Shown here: piece after piece, positions 47,067 through 55,780 of the stretch
How the letters are laid out: the number at the start of each line of letters is the position of its first letter
Numbering within the stretch: position 1 is the first letter of the stretch
NCBI GenBank assembly: GCA_049325535.1
Contig: JBMOKY010000001.1
Location: 749,942 to 813,941, forward strand
Source: Patescibacteria group bacterium
Lineage (GTDB): Bacteria > Patescibacteriota > Patescibacteriia > UBA10025 > JAHIVO01
Length of the DNA stretch: 64,000 bases
Reading direction: 5' to 3'
The notes under the pieces: generated by a model
Databases searched by the model: none
Seen by the model: the letters and a program-made list of their open reading frames with translations, nothing else
Told to the model about the DNA's origin: nothing
Position numbers and translations under genes: made by a program

Positions 47067-49802
47067 TTATATAGCTTCGGCTCGACGCACAGAAATCTGT
47101 CCGCCCGGCTCAAGTATGGCTACATCACGGCGGCCGATTTTACCCTGCAGTAAATAGGTGGCCAGCGCATTATCCACCGTATCCTGGATGGCCCGCCTGA
47201 GCGGCCGGGCGCCAAACACCGGATCAAAACCGGTCCGGGCCAACTCCTCTTTGGCTGCTTGACTAGCCTCGATCCTGATGCCTTTTGGTTCCAGGCGTTT
47301 GGCCACCTGCCGGAGCATCAGGTCCACGATCTGGACGATCTCCGGGAAACCGAGCGGTTTAAACACCACAATATTATCAAACCGGTTCAGAAATTCCGGA
47401 CGGAAATAGGGCTTTAATTCTTTATTGATCAGCTCGTCTTTGATGGCGTCCACTCCCGCTCCCTCGCGAATCCGATCCTGGATGACTTGCGATCCGGCAT
47501 TTGAGGTAGCGATGATAATCGTATTGGTAAAATCGATCGTCCGTCCCAGCGTATCGGTCAACCGTCCATCATCCATCACCTGCAAAAATATATTGAGTAT
47601 ATCCGGATGCGCCTTCTCGATTTCATCGAGCAGCACCAGTGAAAAAGGCTGGCTGCGCACGGCTTCGGTCAGATATCCCCCCTGGGTGCTGCTGCTCATG
47701 CCCGGCGGCGCGCCGATCAGCCGATTGATCGACATCTGTTCCTGATATTCGGACATGTCCAGACGGATCATATTTTGCTCTGCCCCAAAATAAATATCCG
47801 CGACCGTCTTGGCTAGTTCGGTTTTACCCACGCCGGTCGGACCGAGGAACAGCAGATTGACGATGGGACGGTTCATGTCCCGCAATTCAGCCCGCGCCCG
47901 CCGGAGCGCGGTGGCCACGGCCGATACCGCCTCCTCCTGATCCACCATCCGTTCGTGAATCAGCGACTCCATGTTCAGCAACCGTTCCGTCTCCTTCTGG
48001 GAAATCTTGGTTACCGGCACGTTGGTTTTATTGGACACGATTTCAGCCACGTCCTCAGCGGACACAATGGCGTTTTTTCCTTTTTTCTTGCGCACGTACA
48101 CGGCGATTTCCTCAAGCAATGAAATCGCCTTTTCCGGCAAATACCGATCGTGTATGTAGCGCTCTGATAATTGTACCGTCCGGCTGATCGATTGGTAGGA
48201 AAAGAAAATTTCATTTTTCGCCTCGATGCTGGAAGCCTTCCCCTGCAATATCTGGATAGCGCCGTTTGTATCCGGTTCATTGATCGTCACTTTCTGAAAC
48301 ACGGAGGTCAGTGAACTGGACGACTCAATATGCTGACGATAATCCAACGGCGTCGTGGTGGCAATGGCATAAAACAAACGCTTGGACAGTGCGTTGGCCA
48401 GCATGTCAGATATATCCAAATTCTCCGCGCCCTGAGTAGATACGCCTACCATATTCTGGATATTATCGATGAACAAGACAATGTTTCCCGATCGAACAAT
48501 CTCGTTGATGATTTCCAGCAACAGCGCTTCCAATTCTCCCTGCCGCCCGGCGGCGCCCACCAGCGACGCTACGGACAAACTGACAAACCGACGGTCCTGG
48601 AGCACTCCCGGCACTTCTTCGGTGGCCATCAATTCTGCGATACCCTCGACCACGCTTGATTTGCCCACGCCGGGATTGCCGGACAGGATGACATTTTTAC
48701 CGCCCTCAATGATACGCAGCACCTCCTCGATTTCACGGTCACGGCCGATGGTCGGCGGCAGCATGCCACGGCGGGCGAGCTGCGTCAGGTCATTTGAAAA
48801 ACGATCCAGGAGCGGTGTGGCCTGCGCGGTCATGGATTTATTCATCACGCCTTTCGATTTATAGGCAGCTTTGGTTCGCTGTTTATGCCAGCGCTCCGAC
48901 AGCCGATGCTGGATATTGATCCACTCCACGACATTGATGATATCCTGTTGTTCTATCTCCAAATCGAAAAATATTTCCTTGGTCAGGTCGTCCACCTGAA
49001 TGAGCGCCGTGATGAGCTGGGCAACATCTACCCTCTCCCGACGGCCATAGTACGCCTCAGCATAAGCGCGCAGGAGTACAGCCATAAATCCCTGGGACAC
49101 GCCTACTCGCCCGTCGCTTGCCGGTACACGCTGCAGCATCCGGGTAATCCGCTCAACGAGTGCCTGGCCATTCACACCGAGTCGCCCGAGCACCACCTGC
49201 ATATCCACATGACGCAGCAACGACGCGAGTATATGGAGCGGGGCCACATAGGCATGGCCAAATCGCCGTGCCAATTGCCAGGCATCCTCCACCTGCCGCG
49301 CGGCCACCGGTGTGTAGGAACCGGATACGTCTACCCAGGTATTTCGCCCGGCCGCTTCCGCATGCTGGAGCAACGAGCCTGGTTCTTCCTCAGTCAATAG
49401 TGGGTCAAACGGCCGATCAGCCACAGATCGTTCTAAGAGTGACTCCCTGGTCATGCGGTAATACGCATATAGATCGGATAGGATGCTCAGAGCAAAGATG
49501 CCCATGAGCCCATTGCGCACCAGGAACGCATCCCATACCGCGCCACCCTCGTCCAGCGTGACATATACAGTGACCCCCAGCGCCGCCAAGCCCATGATGC
49601 CAAAAAAAACAAGAAAACCATTGATCAGGGCCCGTACCGTTCGTTCGATCGTTTCTTCGAATATGTGCAGTGTGTCTAATTTCTTCTTCCAGTGCAGGAC
49701 TGACCCCTCGAGCCAAGCGTATATCGGATATTCATCAACAAAAACCTGGGCACCAGGTTTACCCTCAAGGATGACAAAACTTTTTCCGCGTGGTTCGGGC
49801 AT
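47067..49802 (-). CDS. Membrane-anchored ClpC/ClpB-like AAA+ chaperone (two TM helices N-terminal to Clp_N repeats and two AAA modules)
   Basis: First Walker A GNPGVGKSS, second Walker A GPTGVGKTE, Clp signature …LLDEIEKAHPD…, C-terminal D2-small domain. The N-terminal 120 aa contain two hydrophobic helices. Confidence 0.8.
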   Translation of the reverse strand: MPEPRGKSFVILEGKPGAQVFVDEYPIYAWLEGSVLHWKKKLDTLHIFEETIERTVRALINGFLVFFGIMGLAALGVTVYVTLDEGGAVWDAFLVRNGLMGIFALSILSDLYAYYRMTRESLLERSVADRPFDPLLTEEEPGSLLQHAEAAGRNTWVDVSGSYTPVAARQVEDAWQLARRFGHAYVAPLHILASLLRHVDMQVVLGRLGVNGQALVERITRMLQRVPASDGRVGVSQGFMAVLLRAYAEAYYGRRERVDVAQLITALIQVDDLTKEIFFDLEIEQQDIINVVEWINIQHRLSERWHKQRTKAAYKSKGVMNKSMTAQATPLLDRFSNDLTQLARRGMLPPTIGRDREIEEVLRIIEGGKNVILSGNPGVGKSSVVEGIAELMATEEVPGVLQDRRFVSLSVASLVGAAGRQGELEALLLEIINEIVRSGNIVLFIDNIQNMVGVSTQGAENLDISDMLANALSKRLFYAIATTTPLDYRQHIESSSSLTSVFQKVTINEPDTNGAIQILQGKASSIEAKNEIFFSYQSISRTVQLSERYIHDRYLPEKAISLLEEIAVYVRKKKGKNAIVSAEDVAEIVSNKTNVPVTKISQKETERLLNMESLIHERMVDQEEAVSAVATALRRARAELRDMNRPIVNLLFLGPTGVGKTELAKTVADIYFGAEQNMIRLDMSEYQEQMSINRLIGAPPGMSSSTQGGYLTEAVRSQPFSLVLLDEIEKAHPDILNIFLQVMDDGRLTDTLGRTIDFTNTIIIATSNAGSQVIQDRIREGAGVDAIKDELINKELKPYFRPEFLNRFDNIVVFKPLGFPEIVQIVDLMLRQVAKRLEPKGIRIEASQAAKEELARTGFDPVFGARPLRRAIQDTVDNALATYLLQGKIGRRDVAILEPGGQISVRRAEAI

Positions 49803-49805
49803 GGA

Positions 49806-50198
49806 TCAGGTCAGCCACATAAATGGCATATCGGTTATTTGGTAGACGATATAATAGATAACCACCAGTGGGAATACTATCCATAGAACGACCGCACAAA
49901 AAAGTACCACCAGCCAGAGTCCGGCTGCCAGCAATTTCCAGAATAAAATGATAATGCGAAAAACGATGCTTATGATCCGCCCTTCACGGGTCATATCACC
50001 GTACATCGGCTTAAACATGTTTTTCAGCCAGATGCCGAGTGCCACCCGCCGTTGCAGGTGAAATGTCGCGCTTTCTGATGCAAACCTGATCACGCGAAGC
50101 AACCCCTTCGAATACCACCAGATGGGGAAATAGAGGATATCCCAGAGGACGTCAACTAAAATGTATTTGATTGTAGCCAGTATGATATTTTGAGACAT
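49806..50198 (-). CDS. Small polytopic membrane protein upstream of the Clp-like gene
   Basis: ORF 4 nt from the clp-like start, co-oriented. Hydrophobic. Confidence 0.45.
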   Translation of the reverse strand: MSQNIILATIKYILVDVLWDILYFPIWWYSKGLLRVIRFASESATFHLQRRVALGIWLKNMFKPMYGDMTREGRIISIVFRIIILFWKLLAAGLWLVVLFCAVVLWIVFPLVVIYYIVYQITDMPFMWLT

Positions 50199-50295
50199 GA
50201 ATGTATCTCAATGTGCACTGATAATAACATTTTTTTCAGCTTTTGTAAAGGAAACAAACGCAAAAAAAATCAGCCACCCCATCTTCTCGGTGATA

Positions 50296-50676
50296 TCACA
50301 TGCCAAGTGTTTCTCGAATACGTCCGATGATATCCGTGAGTTTGACTTTTTCTTTTTCCATCATCTCGCACTGGCCGGCATCAACTGCTTGCCGTACCCG
50401 AGGATCCTCGGCATAGTTGGTCAGGAGTATTACCGGAACCAGCGCCCCCCAGCTATCCTTGCGCAACCGGTCTAATACCTCAATCCCATGCATCTTTGGC
50501 ATCATAATATCGAGCAAAATCAAATCCGGTCGCTGCGCCAATGCCGCACCGAGGCCCTCTTCACCATTTTGCGCCTCATATACGGAAAAATTCTGCTTTT
50601 CCAGCTCCTGGCGCAGTACCTGACGAATAGGCAATTCATCTTCTATGATCAAAATTCGTTTTGATGGAGTCCCCAT
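50296..50676 (-). CDS. Single-domain response regulator (REC only), paralog A
   Basis: Acidic pair EDE, phospho-Asp in LILLDIMMP, and conserved T (VILLTN). Confidence 0.8.
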   Translation of the reverse strand: MGTPSKRILIIEDELPIRQVLRQELEKQNFSVYEAQNGEEGLGAALAQRPDLILLDIMMPKMHGIEVLDRLRKDSWGALVPVILLTNYAEDPRVRQAVDAGQCEMMEKEKVKLTDIIGRIRETLGM

Positions 50677-50699
50677 ACAGACGTAGTGTAGCGCGACCG

Positions 50700-51899
50700 C
50701 TATTTATCCGCAAGCGTGCGACCCCGGGGATTATTTTTTTCCATTTTCCGTGCCGCTGCCTGTTGCTCGTTTTTCAATACTACTTCTTTAAATTTGCGAA
50801 ATGAATAAGCCATCTCATCAAATGCCCGCGAAAGTTCCCCGATCTCGTCAGCATCCTTCGTTCCGACCATATATTCCAGATTTCCCTTGCGGATGATGTC
50901 CACCCCTTCTTTCAATTTCACGATTGGTCGGCTGATCCGGCGACCCAGCCAGAGCGATAAAAGATACACGATGACGATAACTATCAGCGAAACCACGGAA
51001 ATAAATCCCAACATAGCCCGGATGGGTTGGGTGGCCTCCTGGTCCTCAATCTCAGTCATCAGGCACCACTGAAGCCGCGGCACGTAATTATGGGTGCTGA
51101 GCACTCGGACATTCCGATAATTGTATATCCTGAATATTGGCTCAGCGTGATCCTCAATGATCCCTCCCTCGCCGGCGTATTCGCGCATATCTTTGAAACA
51201 ATCACGAGTACCCTCGGAATTGACAGTCTGCTTCAGCGCCGAGTCAGGATTGAATCGCGAGGGACTGACCATGACATTGCCCGCACCAACCAGATACGCC
51301 TCACCGGTTTCTCCCAATAAATTCGTATCGCTGACGATGTCATACAGCCGATCCGGGAGAAAAACAGCAACCATCACGCCGCTCGTTTGGCCTTCATGAC
51401 TGATTGGCACCGCAATGTGAAATGTATTTCGTCCGGACGTCTCCTCATAGAGGATATCGCCAATATGAGGCCGGACTGAACCAACGATAAATTCCTTCTC
51501 CAGTGCATAGTTCTGCTCAATCCGATCTGATACCGTCGCACCAACCACAAATCCCTCGGTATCCAGGATGTATACTTCGGATAATTCCTGGAATTGCTGC
51601 AACATATGGTTCCGTAGTAACTCAGATATGGCAGCAGAATCGCACGTCAGCCCCGCGTCGACTGGAGTCATACACTGCTGGATGGCGCTCCCACCGGCAA
51701 AATCAGCCACGCGGTCGACCGAAACATCGAGGTATGTATTGACCTCGTGGGCACGGCTATAGGCAATCGTTTTCAGATTGTCAAAAACCTGGGTTTTAAA
51801 ATTGAGGGCAGAAAACCAGTAAAAGGATATGGCAGCCAGCGCAGTCAGTAACACACCGGGAATAAGGTAAATAAGCGTAACGCGTGTCTTTATGGTCAT
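50700..51899 (-). CDS. Membrane sensor: TM - periplasmic Cache-like domain - TM - HAMP, with no kinase or other output domain
   Basis: Two TM helices bracket a roughly 270-aa extracytoplasmic domain. A HAMP-like amphipathic segment follows (ISRPIVKLKEGVDIIRKGNLEYMVGTKDADEIGELSRAFDEMAYSF), then only about 30 residues. Confidence 0.55.
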   Translation of the reverse strand: MTIKTRVTLIYLIPGVLLTALAAISFYWFSALNFKTQVFDNLKTIAYSRAHEVNTYLDVSVDRVADFAGGSAIQQCMTPVDAGLTCDSAAISELLRNHMLQQFQELSEVYILDTEGFVVGATVSDRIEQNYALEKEFIVGSVRPHIGDILYEETSGRNTFHIAVPISHEGQTSGVMVAVFLPDRLYDIVSDTNLLGETGEAYLVGAGNVMVSPSRFNPDSALKQTVNSEGTRDCFKDMREYAGEGGIIEDHAEPIFRIYNYRNVRVLSTHNYVPRLQWCLMTEIEDQEATQPIRAMLGFISVVSLIVIVIVYLLSLWLGRRISRPIVKLKEGVDIIRKGNLEYMVGTKDADEIGELSRAFDEMAYSFRKFKEVVLKNEQQAAARKMEKNNPRGRTLADK

Positions 51900-52276
51900 G
51901 CGATTTTTTCCCGTACAGCCTTAATAATATCTTCTAATTTAGTTTCCGCTTTACTGAGCAGCTGGGCCCGACCAGTCCGCACCGCGTCCTGAACCCGCGG
52001 GTCATCGGCCACATTGGTCAATAAAATGACGGGTACGTGCTTTCCCCAGGTATCCTCTTTCAGACGCTGCAGCATTTCCATGCCGTGCATTTTTGGCATC
52101 AATACATCGAGCAAAATTAATTGCGGTCGTTCCTGAAACGCAATCATTGTGGCCGTTTCACCATTATCCGCTTCCAGTACCCGCAAACCGGTTTTTTCCA
52201 GTTCACGTCGAATAATCCGACGGATTGGTTCTTCATCCTCTACCAGCAAGACAGTTTGCGGAGCAGCCATAGGCAT
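51896..52276 (-). CDS. Single-domain response regulator (REC only), paralog B
   Basis: REC motifs as in paralog A, to which it is very similar. 4-nt overlap with the sensor gene start. Confidence 0.8.
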   Translation of the reverse strand: MPMAAPQTVLLVEDEEPIRRIIRRELEKTGLRVLEADNGETATMIAFQERPQLILLDVLMPKMHGMEMLQRLKEDTWGKHVPVILLTNVADDPRVQDAVRTGRAQLLSKAETKLEDIIKAVREKIA

Positions 52277-52286
52277 GGGTAATTTT

Positions 52287-52487
52287 CTAAAAATTCTCAG
52301 GGCGTAATTTATCTACCGAAGCAAGCATCGTCGTGCTGGCTTTCGCGATTTCCTGTATATACTCCCGCTGTTCGTCCGTCAGCGAATCGGCCGATTCATG
52401 CAACAGCGCCTCAGTATACAGTCTGATCGTAGTCAGCGGCGTCTTGAGCTCGTGACGGATTTCAGTAAATGAATCGGCGGTTGGCAT
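52287..52487 (-). CDS. Stand-alone HisKA (dimerisation/phospho-acceptor) domain protein, 66 aa, without HATPase_c
   Basis: H-box EIRHELKTPLTTIRLY followed by a second helix (…EYIQEIAKASTTMLASV). No ATPase domain lies anywhere in the neighbourhood. Confidence 0.5.
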   Translation of the reverse strand: MPTADSFTEIRHELKTPLTTIRLYTEALLHESADSLTDEQREYIQEIAKASTTMLASVDKLRPENF

Positions 52488-52495
52488 AGATGTAA

Positions 52496-52987
52496 TTATT
52501 CTTCAATCGGGGTAAAACTATCCACGGTGCCGCAAAATGTAAAGAGGGTGCGGCAGCATCCCTCCGCAGAAGTGCGGCAGACACTGGAAAATGTCACTTC
52601 AACCTGATCTCCGACATACGGGCGAAATTGTTCGCGCATGGAATCATACTTGCCAAATCCGATTTCAAAACCTTCATTGCTCAGTATGCCGTATGATTCG
52701 CTCGGGGTCTTGTACCCTTTGATAAAAACGACACCCGTCGAGGTAATCGGCTCATTGGTGTTGAAATTTCCGGCTGGCTCAGCGGAATTAGTATTTGCTG
52801 CGGCATTTACATTTTGATTGTCAAGCCCTACCGTAGCATTCACCGTGGCATTGATGTTCGTCGTGGATACCGATTGATTGCTGTTTAGCTCATTGACTTT
52901 GCTGAAAAAAGAAAACCCAAAATACCCGATCACTCCGAGGACGACGACCGTGATCCCGATTAAAATAAACTTTTTTGACATATTCAT
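52496..52987 (-). CDS. Membrane-anchored secreted hypothetical protein with Asn/Thr-rich low-complexity linker
   Basis: N-terminal TM/signal anchor. The C-terminal domain has 4 Cys. Confidence 0.45.
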   Translation of the reverse strand: MNMSKKFILIGITVVVLGVIGYFGFSFFSKVNELNSNQSVSTTNINATVNATVGLDNQNVNAAANTNSAEPAGNFNTNEPITSTGVVFIKGYKTPSESYGILSNEGFEIGFGKYDSMREQFRPYVGDQVEVTFSSVCRTSAEGCCRTLFTFCGTVDSFTPIEE

Positions 52988-52998
52988 AGAGATATAAA

Positions 52999-53685
52999 TT
53001 ATGGCTGCGGGATGGTATTAATAATGTCCGCGGCCGAATTGAAAAAATGTAGTTGCGTCACAAATTCCTTCGGCAATGTGCCGAGATTCATCATGGTATT
53101 CAGCAGTCCGATCCAATAATTACTGACGAAAAGTAGCTGCGGCGGCTGTTCGGTATGGTACTCGCGATTTTTCAAATGTACGATGGCGCGCATCAGTACC
53201 TGGAATGTGCCCAGTCCCCCACGGAACACGACGATAATCGGCGCGCAAGTCGCCAATATTTCATTGCGGGGTTGTGGGGAATTCACCACCGCCACCGGCG
53301 ATGTTCCGTCAATCTCTTTTTTCAGCTCGGTGAAAACTACTCCGATTGATTTTCCCTGTGCCGCGCTCGTGGTCGCCCCCATGATCCCGCCGGGACGACC
53401 GCCATTAATGATGATCCCGCCGGATTTTACTATCGTACCGACCAATGCCCGCGCTTCCTGGCACTGAGTGTGGGACTGCTCCAGGCTGCCGCCGCCGCTG
53501 ATCGCCACCACGAGACCCTCGCTCTCATAGGTGATCAGTTCGTCCTTGTGTGACTCGTGTATGGCGGCAAACCCATGGCTATGGCGCGCCGTCGCCGTGG
53601 AGATTGCCTCCCCGAGTAGCCGGCGTTTTTTCCGGGCGTACAACTCCTCTGGTTTGACAATTTGATTATTCATATCGAAGAGCAT
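52999..53685 (-). CDS. LOG-family (TIGR00730 / SLOG Rossmann) protein
   Basis: Motifs GGGxxGxMGA (NGGRPGGIMGA) and …FRGGLGTFQVL… are typical of the LOG / lysine-decarboxylase-like family. An N-terminal extension of about 50 aa is present. Confidence 0.55.
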   Translation of the reverse strand: MLFDMNNQIVKPEELYARKKRRLLGEAISTATARHSHGFAAIHESHKDELITYESEGLVVAISGGGSLEQSHTQCQEARALVGTIVKSGGIIINGGRPGGIMGATTSAAQGKSIGVVFTELKKEIDGTSPVAVVNSPQPRNEILATCAPIIVVFRGGLGTFQVLMRAIVHLKNREYHTEQPPQLLFVSNYWIGLLNTMMNLGTLPKEFVTQLHFFNSAADIINTIPQP

Positions 53686-54916
53686 CTAAAGCATTAATTT
53701 TCGCGGCACGGCGAGCTGGGTACACCCCGGTGATGACGCTGATGATAAATATAATCGCCGCGATCAGCAGTACAAAAATGAACGGGGTATAAAATATCTC
53801 CACCGGATCGCCTCCCAGGCGATTAGCCAGATACTTCATCAGGTAATTGAGCCCCTGGCCAGCCAGCCACCCAAGGCCGATACCGATCAAACCGCCGGTC
53901 ATACCGATGACGATCGCCTCGACCAGAAATAACCGATAAATGTCGACGGCGGTGGCACCGAGCGTTTTCATCAAGCCGATTTCACGGGTACGTTCGAGCA
54001 GGGAAACGGTCAGGGTGTTTAATGCGCCGATGGCGGCGACGAACATGGCGATAGCGCCAAAACCGGCGACAATCAATTCAAACACCACAAATATTTTATC
54101 GATCTGACCGACGGTGTCCGCCACAGAGTCCACCTGGTAGCCCATTGACTCGATCTGCTGGCGCACCTGGGGCAAGGCCGCTTCATCCTCCACTTTGATC
54201 CGGGCGACATTATACTCGGCATCTTCACCGTCATTGACCTTCACCCGAGCGGCGCTATAGTCCGGTTTGTACCCTAAACTTTTCAGGTATTCCAGCGGGA
54301 CGTAGGCCAGGCTCAATTCTTTGTCTTCATTGATGGCGCCGGCTACCGTGACTAATACATCGGTGGGAACCAGCTCTTCTTCAGTCGAACCCTCAATTTT
54401 CTTCGGCACCAGCAGCCGTAAATTCATCTTTTGATCGATTGACTCCTGGGGTGTCTCAAAACCGATCAGACTCAGCGCCGTTTTGGTCAGTACAATTTCC
54501 GGTTTGTCCTCGCCGCTAAATCCATTTCCATATGAAATCTTAACCCCTTCATAACTGAGAAATTTCGGATCGGTACCATATATCGCCACGTCAGTAACCG
54601 AAGCGCCATTGGTGATTTGACCGGACAAACTCAGTGACGGACTGACATCCTTCACGTTCTCTAGATTTTTAAAATCATCTACCACCTCATCATTGAGCTG
54701 GAGCAGCGTGGACTCACCTTTGGATACGTCCAGTATCGTCAGTGCCTCCACATTCGCGATCTGGCTCCGGACCAGGCGTTGCAGCCCAAATCCTATCGAT
54801 ACCAAAAAAACTATCAGCGAAATACCGACCGCCATGCCACCGATAGTCAGGAAACTGCGCAGCTTGCGGCGGCGGAGATTGGTACTGGATAATAATACGG
54901 TAAATCCTAATTGCAT
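53666..54916 (-). CDS. ABC transporter permease, MacB/FtsX-like (N-terminal TM, periplasmic domain, C-terminal FtsX 3-TM block)
   Basis: Topology and C-terminal FtsX-type signature. Follows the ATPase gene. Confidence 0.8.
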   Translation of the reverse strand: MQLGFTVLLSSTNLRRRKLRSFLTIGGMAVGISLIVFLVSIGFGLQRLVRSQIANVEALTILDVSKGESTLLQLNDEVVDDFKNLENVKDVSPSLSLSGQITNGASVTDVAIYGTDPKFLSYEGVKISYGNGFSGEDKPEIVLTKTALSLIGFETPQESIDQKMNLRLLVPKKIEGSTEEELVPTDVLVTVAGAINEDKELSLAYVPLEYLKSLGYKPDYSAARVKVNDGEDAEYNVARIKVEDEAALPQVRQQIESMGYQVDSVADTVGQIDKIFVVFELIVAGFGAIAMFVAAIGALNTLTVSLLERTREIGLMKTLGATAVDIYRLFLVEAIVIGMTGGLIGIGLGWLAGQGLNYLMKYLANRLGGDPVEIFYTPFIFVLLIAAIIFIISVITGVYPARRAAKINALDALRYE

Positions 54917-54918
54917 AG

Positions 54919-55779
54919 TTAGGCTGACAAAAATTGTTCGCTTCCCTGGATCACCCGTCCATCGCGAATATAGATAGTACGCGAGGCATACCGAACATAA
55001 TCAATATTGTGGGTGACCAGGATAATCGTTTTCTTGAATTTTTCGTTGAGCTCCTTAAATAAATTCATCACCCGATCGGCTGATTTACTGTCCAGATTAC
55101 CGGTCGGCTCATCAGCAATGATGATACCCGGATCATGTACCAGCGCCCGGGCAATAGTCACTTTTTGCTGCTGTCCACCGGACAGTTCCGTGGGAAAATA
55201 ATCCGCATGATCATCCATGCCGATTTCCCGCAAACGCTGCATGGCTATTTCGTGTCGTTTTTTCTTGTCCTCATTATTGATAGCCATCGGGAGTTCGACA
55301 TTTTGTACCACGGTCAGTGACCGCACCCATTCCGGCCGCTGAAACACGATACCGATTTTACTGTATCGGATTTTGGAAATTTTATCCGGTTTTTTAGTGG
55401 TCAAATCAATGCCACCAAGGATGACATGTCCGGAAGTCGGGGGCTCCAGCCCCAGCAGTGTATTGAGAACGGTTGATTTGCCGCTTCCTGACGGGCCCAG
55501 AATAACGATAAACTCCTCAGGATAAATACTAATGTTAATATCCTTCAAAACATGGATGACATTTTTACCCACCACGAATTTTTTCTGCACGTCTTTCACC
55601 TCAAGTAGCGGTTTTGATTTCTTGCCAGCTGGGGCTGCCGCCGCGGTCTGCTGTGCTAATTGCGCAATGGTCAAACCGCCACCTGTCTCGGCAGCTGGCA
55701 TACTCGTCCTCGCCAAAACCGCCGTCGGTTCGGTTATTTTCTTTTTTTGATTTTCGCTCGTGCTCGCCATACTACTCAT
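54919..55779 (-). CDS. ABC transporter ATP-binding protein, MacB/LolD-like
   Basis: Walker [10 protein letters not shown], signature LSGGQQQKV, Walker [12 protein letters not shown]. Start set at the ATG 1 nt downstream of the giant gene stop. The listed longer start is TTG. Confidence 0.85.
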   Translation of the reverse strand: MSSMASTSENQKKKITEPTAVLARTSMPAAETGGGLTIAQLAQQTAAAAPAGKKSKPLLEVKDVQKKFVVGKNVIHVLKDINISIYPEEFIVILGPSGSGKSTVLNTLLGLEPPTSGHVILGGIDLTTKKPDKISKIRYSKIGIVFQRPEWVRSLTVVQNVELPMAINNEDKKKRHEIAMQRLREIGMDDHADYFPTELSGGQQQKVTIARALVHDPGIIIADEPTGNLDSKSADRVMNLFKELNEKFKKTIILVTHNIDYVRYASRTIYIRDGRVIQGSEQFLSA

Positions 55780-55780
55780 T

